Assembly: GCA_963725255.1 (NCBI GenBank) | Contig: CAVRXV010000005.1 | Coordinates: 341,608-405,607 of the forward strand | From: an uncultured Gammaproteobacteria bacterium | GTDB taxonomy: Bacteria > Pseudomonadota > Gammaproteobacteria > JAIEPX01 | Length of the DNA stretch: 64,000 nt | Reading direction: 5' to 3' | Part shown: positions 40,242-50,023 of the stretch, in pieces | How the letters are laid out: each line of letters begins with the position of its first letter | How positions within the stretch are numbered: the stretch's first letter is position 1 | Made by a program: the position numbers and the translations under genes | Notes under the pieces: model-generated | Databases searched by the model: none | Told to the model about the DNA's origin: nothing | Seen by the model: the letters and a program-made list of their open reading frames with translations, nothing else

Positions 40242-41117
40242 ATGAGAGATCACTATGAAGTATTAGGCGTTCCTAGGAATGCCAATGAAGCACAAATTAA
40301 AAAAGCCTACAGAGAAAAGTCTTTAATTTGGCATCCTGACAAGTTTAAAGGTAACTTGGATGAGAATCTAAGCAAATATGCAAAAATTGAATTAACTGCA
40401 ATTCATTTGGCATATGAAACATTAAGTGATTCTGGAAAAAAAGATAATTATGATAAGTTTGATATTCCACCCTATGAGTCCGATATAAGTGAAACTGCTC
40501 GGTTAGATGCTGTGCGTAAACATGAACTGTCCTATTATCAAAAACGATTGAATGAATTAGAAGATGAAATTAAGGCACAAGAAAAATTTGACGATAAAAC
40601 AAAAAAGAAAAAAGAGTTTTATGAGGGAGTAATCGAAAGCCTAAATAATAAAATAAATAACGAAAATGATCATTCTCATAATGGTGATAATGATCAAACG
40701 TCAGCATCGTATGGCAGTAGTCATTCAACACCTGGTACTGCCTTTTTCGCGCTGCATTCTTCTGATGAAGTTTTTACTGGAGATGGAAAAGATATTGTAT
40801 ATGTTGATTCTATGCGGGACGACGAAGGGTTAAATGTAGGTTTTAAAAACCGCCAAGCGTACGATACTTTTTTTCTGCATTTTTCTCGATCTAATATTCA
40901 CTGTTTATTTGATATCGATGGTCCTCGCAGTATTAAAGGTAAAAATATTTTTATAGTGAAATTCTATCATTCTCTACAAAATGTGGGATTGCCCATTTCA
41001 GTAGATACTTATAAGAGACGAGAATTAAATCAACAGCTCGAACAATGGTTCCAAAATCATTATCCAGGATCACCTGCAGTAGATGAGATCAATTCAAAAT
41101 CCGTATTAAGAAGATAA
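40242..41117 (+). CDS. J-domain protein with unique C-terminus
   Basis: DHYEVLGV, IKKAYR, WHPDK, AYETLSD. Confidence 0.88.
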   Translation: MRDHYEVLGVPRNANEAQIKKAYREKSLIWHPDKFKGNLDENLSKYAKIELTAIHLAYETLSDSGKKDNYDKFDIPPYESDISETARLDAVRKHELSYYQKRLNELEDEIKAQEKFDDKTKKKKEFYEGVIESLNNKINNENDHSHNGDNDQTSASYGSSHSTPGTAFFALHSSDEVFTGDGKDIVYVDSMRDDEGLNVGFKNRQAYDTFFLHFSRSNIHCLFDIDGPRSIKGKNIFIVKFYHSLQNVGLPISVDTYKRRELNQQLEQWFQNHYPGSPAVDEINSKSVLRR

Positions 41118-41142
41118 GATTTAGTGTAAAAAAATAGTTAAT

Positions 41143-42105
41143 TTATGTACCGTTAGGTTGATAAGTCGTCAAATTAGAATGACGAACAGGTTTTAAATTA
41201 GAAGAAGAGACGGAGTTTATCATTAGCAATTTTTTGATTTGAGGCATTGCTTGATCAGCCGCTTTTTCTCCAGCATGTATCAGAGTATTCTTCAAATGCA
41301 CATCAAAAATGCCAGCGTTTCCAACTGAGGGATGAATAACTACGTCAGCACCTTCGCCGCTGAATTCAGCAATGGCGAGAATGCTGATTTCGAAGGCGCG
41401 TTGAAATACACCAACAAATGAAGTAGGCATTTTTTTCTCTAAATCAGCATCTATATTTACGGCGATGATGATGTCAGGATGAAAGCGTTTTGCCGTTTTT
41501 ACGGGTAGTTGTGCAACCATTCCCCCATCAACTAGTGTTAGGCCGTACATTTTTACAGGGTGCACTGCACCTGGCATGGCAGAGGACGCATTGACTGCTG
41601 GTGCGATAGGGCCACTACTGAGTGGTTTTTCTTTGCCCGATTTTAAATCAGTTGCAACGACGACAAGAGGAATTTTCAGTTCATCAAACGATTTTGCATG
41701 CATGTTCTTGAGTAAGAAATGTTGTAGTTTTCGTCCTGATATAAAACCGTTTCCGGATGAAACGATGGTGAAATCAGCAAAATCAAAAAAATGCGTTTTA
41801 CGCATGGTTCGTTCAACGTAAACAGAATCAGCGCTGTCAGCATATAGAGCACCTATGATGCTCCCTGCACTGGTCCCAACGATCAAATCAATCGGAATCC
41901 CGGCTTTTTGTAGTGCTTTGATAACGCCGACGTGCGCATAACCTCGAGCTCCACCACCACCCAATACAAGGGCCACTCGAGGATGTTTCGCTAATTTGAG
42001 CGGGGGTGGCTCATGGGAAGGTATGGAGATATTTGCTGGAGGAGTTGCACAACCTGATATAAATACCATGAGTGACAGTAGAATTCCTAAACGCAATTTG
42101 ATCAT
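41143..42105 (-). CDS. Patatin-like phospholipase lipoprotein
   Basis: Lipobox ISGC, GGGGARG, GTSAG, DGG. Confidence 0.92.
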   Translation of the reverse strand: MIKLRLGILLSLMVFISGCATPPANISIPSHEPPPLKLAKHPRVALVLGGGGARGYAHVGVIKALQKAGIPIDLIVGTSAGSIIGALYADSADSVYVERTMRKTHFFDFADFTIVSSGNGFISGRKLQHFLLKNMHAKSFDELKIPLVVVATDLKSGKEKPLSSGPIAPAVNASSAMPGAVHPVKMYGLTLVDGGMVAQLPVKTAKRFHPDIIIAVNIDADLEKKMPTSFVGVFQRAFEISILAIAEFSGEGADVVIHPSVGNAGIFDVHLKNTLIHAGEKAADQAMPQIKKLLMINSVSSSNLKPVRHSNLTTYQPNGT

Positions 42106-42296
42106 GATTTCACCTTAGGGTTATTAAGATAGTGCCCATTAAATATCTCATTAAAAGATATTTAATTATAATCAAAATAAGCTAAAGTACGCTAGTCAAA
42201 TTTTTAAGTGGAAGAATACAGTTCTATTGACAGATACATATTTTGTAATGTAATAGAGGCTGAATATGTTTATTTAAATTGAAAGGAGATATTTAG

Positions 42297-44081
42297 ATGT
42301 CAAGTGAGTCTTCAGAAGAAGAGTGGATATTATCTCACAAGCAAATAAAAGCAACACTTAGCAATTTTGAGCTGACTGACGAGACATTTGAGGAAGATAT
42401 ATATCAGAGAATTCTGGATTCCCTCGAAAATTTAGCAACTCTACAGAAATATTTCACATTTTCAGCCAATCAACTCCTTAAATTTTCATCATTAGAAATA
42501 AAGATGGGAATATATCGAGGCCAGTATAAGGCATTACCAAATTTTATTTCACTGTTCAATAATAGTGGAACAAAAACAAAAGTATCCCTTGAAGAAAGAA
42601 TGAGATATTTAACAGAAAAAGTAGATGAAATTGTTAAAGAAGATGACGATGAAAAGTATGCTCAAATAGAAGTCATTATAAAAACTTTGGGAGTTGCGGC
42701 GGATGTGTTTGAAACGGGCGAATATGACTCAAAATTTGACCCTTACATATTAAAATATATAGACACAGCATTAGAATGTTTAATGCGTTTTGCAGGTTCT
42801 AATGACGAAGATGGCCTTTCATCGTCAGCGGAAGATGAGTTGCATAAATTATTGAAATCGACAATCGATGAGCCAGAAATACTTGGTGCAAGTGATACGC
42901 CATTTTTTATTTTCAAATTATATTATGAATCTAAGCGTGAATGGAATGAAGATCCAGTTTATTATCTTGACACTCTTAAATCATCTATAGAAGATTCAAA
43001 GAAAAAGAGGGATATATATGATAATCATTATATTCAAATGCTAGAACGAAGATTAGAATTGCTAGTTAGCTTATATCCTGATATTGAGCCATTGGATCGA
43101 GTATTTATTGGTGATGATTTTAAATTAACACTTATGTCAAAAACAGAAAGAAAATCATGTGAAATTGGTGTTGGATTAGATGCTCAGATGAATTTAGAGC
43201 TACATGCTAGACAGTCTTTAGCAGAGCGGTTAATCTTCAAACACACTTCAAATTTACACTCTATAGATAGAGGGTGGCCAAAATGTACTTACATTATTGT
43301 TAATATTGGTTTTGTGGTGAGTAACATGCCTCAATTCCCTAGGGGATTGCATAAGCGGCAGTTTGTTACCATTCCCATAAAAATAGTTGATTTCACAATA
43401 TTTGGTCGTGCTAATCAACGTGGTGGTCATGCAGAAGAGGGATTCTTCGAATATTTGTTGCAAGATGATGTCATGCTGTACTATTTGAAGGAATTCAAAA
43501 AACAATTTCATATTAATTCTCCTAATCATAAAGTGTATGCAGTGATACTAGACTTTCATGGAACATATGATATGTGCTTGTCTTGTTCTGAATTGGGGCT
43601 GAAATTTCAAAATCAATTTCGTGCAAAGTTATTAAAGTTTTTTGTTTTAGAAGGATTAAAAACATTAAGAAAATGTCCAGGTCAGTTGCCTATTATAATA
43701 CGATATAGTTCAGACATTAAGTATCATTTTCCAGATGATGATAGAAAGAACAAGCAGGGTACTTTAGTTGCTGTAACAAGAGAAGGGTTGAAACGAGATC
43801 TTGGAGTGTTAGATGAAAAGGCCCTATATAATAGAAATATTAAATACTTCAGTAGTAATTTATTGGTGCATGGTAAATCAAATTGGCATTCTTTTTGGTC
43901 AGAGCAAAAACGGAAAGAATATACAGGAAAGCCTATTAATGTTGAGTCGTGGACAGCATTTGCATCTGATGGTGAATATAATAACTTAGAAGAGTCAGAA
44001 AAACATGTAAATTATACATTGCTGGGTAAAGTTGAAACAGAGGTTGCAGATTTACCAGAGATAGGAAATCTAAAATTGTAG
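42297..44081 (+). CDS. Putative Zn-dependent deaminase-fold effector
   Basis: GHAEE ... DMCLSC (HxE / CxxC) after an acidic helical N-terminal region. Confidence 0.6.
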   Translation: MSSESSEEEWILSHKQIKATLSNFELTDETFEEDIYQRILDSLENLATLQKYFTFSANQLLKFSSLEIKMGIYRGQYKALPNFISLFNNSGTKTKVSLEERMRYLTEKVDEIVKEDDDEKYAQIEVIIKTLGVAADVFETGEYDSKFDPYILKYIDTALECLMRFAGSNDEDGLSSSAEDELHKLLKSTIDEPEILGASDTPFFIFKLYYESKREWNEDPVYYLDTLKSSIEDSKKKRDIYDNHYIQMLERRLELLVSLYPDIEPLDRVFIGDDFKLTLMSKTERKSCEIGVGLDAQMNLELHARQSLAERLIFKHTSNLHSIDRGWPKCTYIIVNIGFVVSNMPQFPRGLHKRQFVTIPIKIVDFTIFGRANQRGGHAEEGFFEYLLQDDVMLYYLKEFKKQFHINSPNHKVYAVILDFHGTYDMCLSCSELGLKFQNQFRAKLLKFFVLEGLKTLRKCPGQLPIIIRYSSDIKYHFPDDDRKNKQGTLVAVTREGLKRDLGVLDEKALYNRNIKYFSSNLLVHGKSNWHSFWSEQKRKEYTGKPINVESWTAFASDGEYNNLEESEKHVNYTLLGKVETEVADLPEIGNLKL

Positions 44082-44144
44082 GTTGGCTCATTGTGCTATT
44101 ATGAAATAAATGAGATAATAAAATACTTTTTCTTAAGGATATCA

Positions 44145-45719
44145 GGGAGTGTCATTTGAAGTGTGTAAATAGCCGAAAAAACATCTTACATTTCATTCAT
44201 CATTTCATATTTACCCTCTAATGTCAAATTATTTTTTTGAAAAATAAAAAATATTCGCTATTATTTTCAAAAAAACTCCTATAATCAATCTATCAGAAAA
44301 ATTGTAGGCAATAATGTAAAAAAACCTTTTTTATTTTTACATTGAGTTCTTCAATGCCGCCTACTCTTTCTACAAAAAATAGTTCAGAAAAAATTACACC
44401 CTCAACTCAATAATTTTTCTGGAAATCGATCAGGGAAAATGATAGCAAATCGATTTAATGCTTGTTTCCAATTACGTATCGGCATTGTCCATTTCTTTGA
44501 TACACCCTGTATCGCAAGATATAAAACTTTTAGCAAGCTTTCTTCAGTCGAAAAATGTCCTCGATTTCTCACCGATTTTCGTAATGTCGCATTCAGCGAT
44601 TCCACTATATTTGTGGTATAAATCACTTTGCGGATTTCAATTGGAAAATCTAAAAATGGAACTATCTTTTCCCAATTTGTTCGCCACGATTTGACAATTA
44701 TTCCGTATTTCTCTCCCCAGGTCAGCTCAAATTCATCTAATGCTTGCTCTGCTAACTCTCGCGTATTAGAACGGTATATCTTTTTCAGATCTTCTGCTAC
44801 GGCCTTCTTTTCTTGATAAGGAACATAATTCAGAGAATGCCGAACCATGTGCACTATGCAGGTCTGGAAAATAGCTTTAGGAAATACAGCCTCAACAGAT
44901 TCTGATAAACCTTTTAGCCCATCGGCGCAGAGTATAAAGACATCTTCAACTCCCCGATTTTTTAATTCAGTTAATACGCGTAACCAGAATTTTGCACCCT
45001 CATTTTCTCCAATGTAAAGTCCTAATACCTCTTTTTTGCCCTCCATGTTGATGCCATAAATCACATAGACAGCTCGATTAAGAACGAGACCCTCTAAGCG
45101 ACATTTCGCCACAAATCCATCTATAAATACAATAGGATATACTCTGTCTAAAGGGCGATCACACCATTGTTTTACATCATCTAATATCGCATCTGTCATC
45201 GATGAAATTAAATCACGTGATATTTCTGTCCCATAGAGCTCTGTAAGGTATGTTTGGATATCTCTCACTGTCATTCCCCGCGCGTACAGTGATAACACTT
45301 GATTATCTAATCCTTTTAAATGACTCTGGCGTTTCTCAACAAGTACAGGCTGAAATTCACTTTCTCGGTCTCGCGGTACGGTAATCTCAACTTCTCCATT
45401 GCCTGTTTTTACCGTCTTTTTCGCCTTCCATTTCTGGAATTACTACCATTCCGACCTTCGACTGAATGCTTTGCATATCCCAGATGGTTTGTCATTTCCA
45501 TTTCTAACAGCCTCTCCATAAAGCGCGCTGATAGTTGCTTCATGATCCCATCTTTGCCAAATAAATCATCTTGGGTTTTTGCATTACCCAGTATTTGGTC
45601 TAACACTTCATCACTGATAGTCATAATTTCCTCTCCTTAGTTGACGAGTATCTCACCAGCTCCTCTTGCTGACTAGGATACTCAATTATGACTATTTACA
45701 CACCTGGAATGACAGTCCC
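44145..45719 (-). mobile_element. IS256-family insertion sequence
   Basis: ~30-bp imperfect TIRs GGGAGTGTCATTTGAAGTGTGTAAATAG / CTATTTACACACCTGGAATGACAGTCCC; GATATCA direct repeat on both sides. Confidence 0.92.
44402..45624 (-). pseudogene. IS256 transposase, frameshifted at an A-run near 45417-45421
   Basis: N-part HLGY..NSRNG, then VPRDR, LYARGM, DG, CIVH, IYTTNIVES in another frame. Confidence 0.88.
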
Positions 45720-45728
45720 GATATCATC

Positions 45729-46196
45729 ATGAATCTACTGAATTTATTTCATAAAATTGCCACTAGAGTTATCAGAAAAATCCAGTCGCTTCTTGGGCTA
45801 GTGACAGTTGGCTCACGTGCCATTGTGTTGAATGGGAATAATGAAGTGTTGTTGGTGAAGCACACATATCAGCCACATTGGTATTTGCCCGGGGGAGGAG
45901 TGAAAAAAGGTGAGTCTGCTAAAGCAGCCTTGCTTCGGGAGCTAAAAGAAGAAGTTGGATTAACTGCGCATGAAGAACCAACATTATTTGGTATTTATTT
46001 TCATACCTATCTTGGAGTGAATGACTATCCTATTATTTATGTTGTTAAAAATTTTTCTTCTGAGGGAGCAGCTTCTCCCGAAATAGAAAAGACAGGTTGG
46101 TTTAATTTTAATAATCTTCCTGAAATGGTGAGTCCCGGTACAAAACGAAGATTATGTGAATATTTTGAAAATCAACTAAAATCAGATAGATGGTAG
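45729..46196 (+). CDS. NUDIX hydrolase
   Basis: LPGGGVKKGESAKAALLRELKEEVG Nudix box. Confidence 0.92.
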   Translation: MNLLNLFHKIATRVIRKIQSLLGLVTVGSRAIVLNGNNEVLLVKHTYQPHWYLPGGGVKKGESAKAALLRELKEEVGLTAHEEPTLFGIYFHTYLGVNDYPIIYVVKNFSSEGAASPEIEKTGWFNFNNLPEMVSPGTKRRLCEYFENQLKSDRW

Positions 46197-46259
46197 GTGG
46201 TAGATACAGGTTCTGACTGAAATGAAAGTTTGCAAAATGCATCTAAAAAAAGGAAAATT

Positions 46260-46670
46260 ATGATTAATGGCATGAATCACATTACCCTGGCCGTAGAAGA
46301 TATTGATCGCTCATTTCAATTTTATCATGATGTGTTGGGTTTAACTCCGCTTGTGAAGTGGGATAAAGGGGCTTATTTTTTAGTCGGAGATTTTTGGTTT
46401 TGTTTAAATGTTGATGAGAAAAGAATACCTTCAGAATGCTACACGCATTACGCATTTACAGTGTTAGATTCTGACTTTGATAACTTCGTTCAAAAAATTA
46501 TTCAATCTGGAGTTACAATCTTCAAAGATAATTCCTCACCAGGAAAGTCTCTATATTTCCTTGATCCAGATGGCCATAAACTCGAAATACACGCAGGTAG
46601 TTGGAAAGCTCGATTAGAAGCAAAAAAAGCAGATGTCGGGAAATGGGGTGACGTGCAGTGGTTTTTATGA
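46260..46670 (+). CDS. VOC family protein, FosA-like fosfomycin thiol transferase
   Basis: GMNHITLAV, GAYF..GD.W.CL, YTHYAF, GKSLYFLDPDGHKLEIH. Confidence 0.8.
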   Translation: MINGMNHITLAVEDIDRSFQFYHDVLGLTPLVKWDKGAYFLVGDFWFCLNVDEKRIPSECYTHYAFTVLDSDFDNFVQKIIQSGVTIFKDNSSPGKSLYFLDPDGHKLEIHAGSWKARLEAKKADVGKWGDVQWFL

Positions 46671-46759
46671 TGATATTATGGTACTCTAGTGCAGATAGGT
46701 AGAATACTTATTTAATATGAAGAACAGTTTTAAAGTATAGTGAATATAAAGAGGTTATC

Positions 46760-47302
46760 ATGGCAAAAGACAAAAAAGATTCTGATAATAAGAAAAAGGC
46801 TGAGAGTGCAAAAAAATCACCGAAGACTAAAATCCAAAATCAATCAGCAAATGCGGGAATTTGTAATTTAACTTGGGTTGGAACGGGCTATCAATGTGTT
46901 TCTATAGTGCGAATTGTTAGGAAGATATCGGATCGTGCTCACCCCGCATCGTATGTAAAATCAGCTAAAGATAATCTTGTAATGCCCATTGTAAAAAGAA
47001 ATTGTCCAGAATTAACTCAAGATATAGTTGGAGCTGCAACAGAAATTATTGAATTCATTATCAGTCCAACGCGCTATATTTTAAATATTGTCTCATACAC
47101 TGTTGCACAAGCTACTGGAGAATTAATTAAAAAAAACTATACTATTAAACATCCTGAATTAAGAGCAGGAATTGATGTTGTTTTCAGTGAGGCTGCCTAT
47201 CAAACTGTCGATAAAATATCCAGTTCAAGATTCTTTAACGGTAAGATAAAACAAAATAGCGCTCAATCTTCAACTAATATGCAATTTCGCAGTAAAATGT
47301 GA
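46760..47302 (+). CDS. Hypothetical protein
   Basis: 180 aa, Lys-rich N-terminus, GAGG RBS. Confidence 0.65.
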   Translation: MAKDKKDSDNKKKAESAKKSPKTKIQNQSANAGICNLTWVGTGYQCVSIVRIVRKISDRAHPASYVKSAKDNLVMPIVKRNCPELTQDIVGAATEIIEFIISPTRYILNIVSYTVAQATGELIKKNYTIKHPELRAGIDVVFSEAAYQTVDKISSSRFFNGKIKQNSAQSSTNMQFRSKM

Positions 47303-47510
47303 TCTATCCACCTAGGTGTGTGAATCGAGAACATCTATTGGTGAATGTCGCAGGCCATAAAGGATTAGAAGATCCTGCTGGAGAATCCTATTGGAATGGA
47401 TTGGCTCATTGAGCTTCTTAAATACCCCATTCTTCTTTGAAAAGTGAAAAAAAAACCAACTTTACAGCAATAAATATCTTTTATCTTTGGATCTAAAGTT
47501 AAAGTTACTA

Positions 47511-48293
47511 TCATGGTCCTGTGAAATATAAACCTGCATAAGCGATTTTATGTGTTTCACCAATAATAGAATGACCCACACTGAATAATAAACTGAAATG
47601 CTTTGTAACATTATATTGTCCACCTGCATTTAATACAGTATATGAAGAAGAATTAATGCTAACAGCACCTTGAGTAAAGATTTCGGCCCCCAATGATAAT
47701 TTATCATTAATATTTTTTTGTATGAGCCATCCTGCATAAGGATAATTACGCATATTTTCCGCTGGATTTATAGCGTATCCACCGCCACCATAGGATGTCC
47801 AAGTGCCCCAGCTTTTTTGTATCCAAATAGGTAATTTAAACCATGCTTTTCCATTGCCCAAATTTTTATCTACATTGCCATTGGGTAGCTCAATTAAGGG
47901 AAATACTCCAATTTGAGGAACACTTTCCGATTCCTGGATAAGGCGATATTTAATTCCTGCTTCAATATCACCCATTCCATTTTCTGAAGAAGTAGCTGAG
48001 GGTAGTGACCATGCATACGGAACAACTAGGTGTATTTGTAAGTTTGGCAACGCACCAAAATTAAGTTCTATTGCGGGAGCAAGTAAGTCAGGCTCTTCAT
48101 CAGGTTGGCTGTTTTTGTCGAGAATAGAAAATAAATAAAGTTCCCAATGGGTATATTCCACAGGCTCAGGATCATCGGTTAAAAATGGTGGTCCAGCAAA
48201 GTTTTGATTTGGTAAGCAAAGCATGAATAACCAGAATATGAGCAGGAGGCGATTTTTTTTGCGTCCTTGTAACATTTGATAACCCGTCTCCAT
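47511..48293 (-). CDS. Outer-membrane beta-barrel / 'transporter' family protein
   Basis: Signal peptide, GPPFLTDDPEP, GMGDIEAGIKYR, aromatic C-terminal strand. Confidence 0.75.
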   Translation of the reverse strand: METGYQMLQGRKKNRLLLIFWLFMLCLPNQNFAGPPFLTDDPEPVEYTHWELYLFSILDKNSQPDEEPDLLAPAIELNFGALPNLQIHLVVPYAWSLPSATSSENGMGDIEAGIKYRLIQESESVPQIGVFPLIELPNGNVDKNLGNGKAWFKLPIWIQKSWGTWTSYGGGGYAINPAENMRNYPYAGWLIQKNINDKLSLGAEIFTQGAVSINSSSYTVLNAGGQYNVTKHFSLLFSVGHSIIGETHKIAYAGLYFTGP

Positions 48294-48498
48294 ATCTAAG
48301 AAGAAGAAAGCGATATTACTTTAAAGTTATAATCTTCTCAATAAATCATTTTTAGCGATAGCCTGAGATCCAGCCAAGGCCATTGCTAATAGCTGGTATT
48401 AATTAAACTCAAGACGCGATAATCATAAGAAGGCTCCCCAAAACTGAGCTTATTTAGATAAACTCAGCTTTTAACCCGTAATTAACAAGGAGCCTTCT

Positions 48499-49515
48499 AT
48501 GAAATTATATTCTGGAATCGACTTACACTCAAATAATAGTGTAGTCACAATGATAGATGAAAAGGGGTCAACTGTGTACGAAAAGCGCCACAGCAATGAT
48601 ATTGAGGTGATTAGACGAGCGTTATTACCGCATCAAGAGGTATTGCAAGGCATTGTGGTTGAATCAACCTATAACTGGTATTGGTTAGTGGATGGATTAC
48701 AAGCTGCGGGGTTCAGAGTGCATTTGGCTAATACAACCGCTATTCAACAATATTCTGGTAAAAAATACACGGATGATAAATCAGATGCTCGATGGTTGGC
48801 CGAGCTTTTGCGATTAAATATTTTGCCTACAGGATATATTTGTCCGAAAGAAGAAAGAGCAATCCGTGATCTTGCGCGTAAACGATTGCAAATAGTATCG
48901 CAACGAACGCGTAATATTTTATGTTTGCAATCGATTATCACACGCCTAACTTCTAAAACAATCACTAGTTCGGTCATTAAAAAAATGAACGAAAATGATT
49001 TGCAAAAACTGTTACCTAATCAGCATCATTTTTTAGCAGCACGAAGCAATTTACGTTTAATCCAACAGCTGAATAGAGAAGAATCTGAGATCGAAAAAGT
49101 GCTGTTAGAAGAGATTAAATTAACAGACGCCTATGAAAGATTGTTGGAAGTTCCTGGGATCGGTAAAAAATTGGCCATCACAATAATGTTAGAGACGGGT
49201 GATATTAATCGATTTGCCAGTTCAGGAAATTATGCATCCTATTGTCGATGTGTTGGCAGCAAACGAGAAAGCAACGGAAAAAAGAAAAGTGAAAATAATC
49301 GAAAAAATGGTAATCATTATTTATGTTGGTCATTTGTGGAAGCGGCTAATTTTGCAATACGTTATTATCCTGAAGTGAAAAAGTTTTATCAGAGAAAATG
49401 TGCGAAAAGAGGCGCAACAGTAGCAATTAAAGCAGTGGCTCACAAATTATCGCGAGCCTGTTATCATGTTTTAAAATCAGGAGAGGATTTTGAGATGAAT
49501 AAATTATTTATGTAA
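48499..49515 (+). CDS. IS110-family DEDD recombinase/transposase
   Basis: GIDLH, VVES, TDDKSDA, VPGIG, ESNGK serine, KAVAHKL. Confidence 0.95.
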   Translation: MKLYSGIDLHSNNSVVTMIDEKGSTVYEKRHSNDIEVIRRALLPHQEVLQGIVVESTYNWYWLVDGLQAAGFRVHLANTTAIQQYSGKKYTDDKSDARWLAELLRLNILPTGYICPKEERAIRDLARKRLQIVSQRTRNILCLQSIITRLTSKTITSSVIKKMNENDLQKLLPNQHHFLAARSNLRLIQQLNREESEIEKVLLEEIKLTDAYERLLEVPGIGKKLAITIMLETGDINRFASSGNYASYCRCVGSKRESNGKKKSENNRKNGNHYLCWSFVEAANFAIRYYPEVKKFYQRKCAKRGATVAIKAVAHKLSRACYHVLKSGEDFEMNKLFM

Positions 49516-49940
49516 AGAGTTTGGTTGAGGTAATTAATTCGGACGGTGTCTGGTTAAAAACCATAAGATGCGATTGAAGGTTATCTCAACCGATCTACCT
49601 CGAGCTCATGAAAAGTTATATACTGAGACGCCCATGCCGTAAGCCAATAGGAGTCTGGATCCTTCGGGAAGCCATAGATGTGTGTTATTACACGTGGACG
49701 CGGCATGGGACTGACGATTTTCTGGGGCCACAGGCCTGGGATGTTGCAGATTCGCTGAAAAAGCCAATGCAAAGATCTAGATCCAGATGGGTGACTGGTG
49801 CGTATCAGTAAAGGATATGACACTGCAAATGAGAATGTCAGGTGCGTTTTAAGAATAGCCGAAGGTGAGCAAGAGAATGGTGCATTCTGAAACACACCCT
49901 GAAATAAAGATTTTTTAGGGCAGGGATTATTTTTTTATTG
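49516..49940 (+). ncRNA. Putative seekRNA/bridge RNA region of the IS1111-type element
   Basis: Stem 49523-49533/49581-49591 encloses two segments matching the insertion target; further hairpins (cccatgccg / cggcatggg). Confidence 0.7.
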
Positions 49941-50023
49941 ACGGGAGCCTTCTAATGGGCGACGCCGTAAGCGTGAGTGTGTTAAACTCGCCGGGTTGTC
50001 AAAGTTAACACATAGGAGCTTTT

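Larger units (their letters stand above)
48416..49962 (+). mobile_element. IS110-superfamily element, IS1111 type
   Basis: Sub-terminal IRs AGAAGGCTCCC (48428-48438) / GGGAGCCTTCT (49943-49953); GCGA at both ends; long 3' non-coding end. Confidence 0.88.

Noticed and set aside
45409-45425. Programmed -1 frameshift in the IS256 transposase
   Set aside because: IS256 transposases are normally single ORFs and the run is one A short of an A6G motif; mutation or sequencing indel is more likely
45320-45640. 106-aa plus-strand ORF
   Set aside because: Antisense to the IS256 transposase N-terminus
49581-49895. ORFs 49581..49895 (-) and 49608..49811 (+)
   Set aside because: They lie in the structured non-coding end of the IS1111-type element and show no protein motifs
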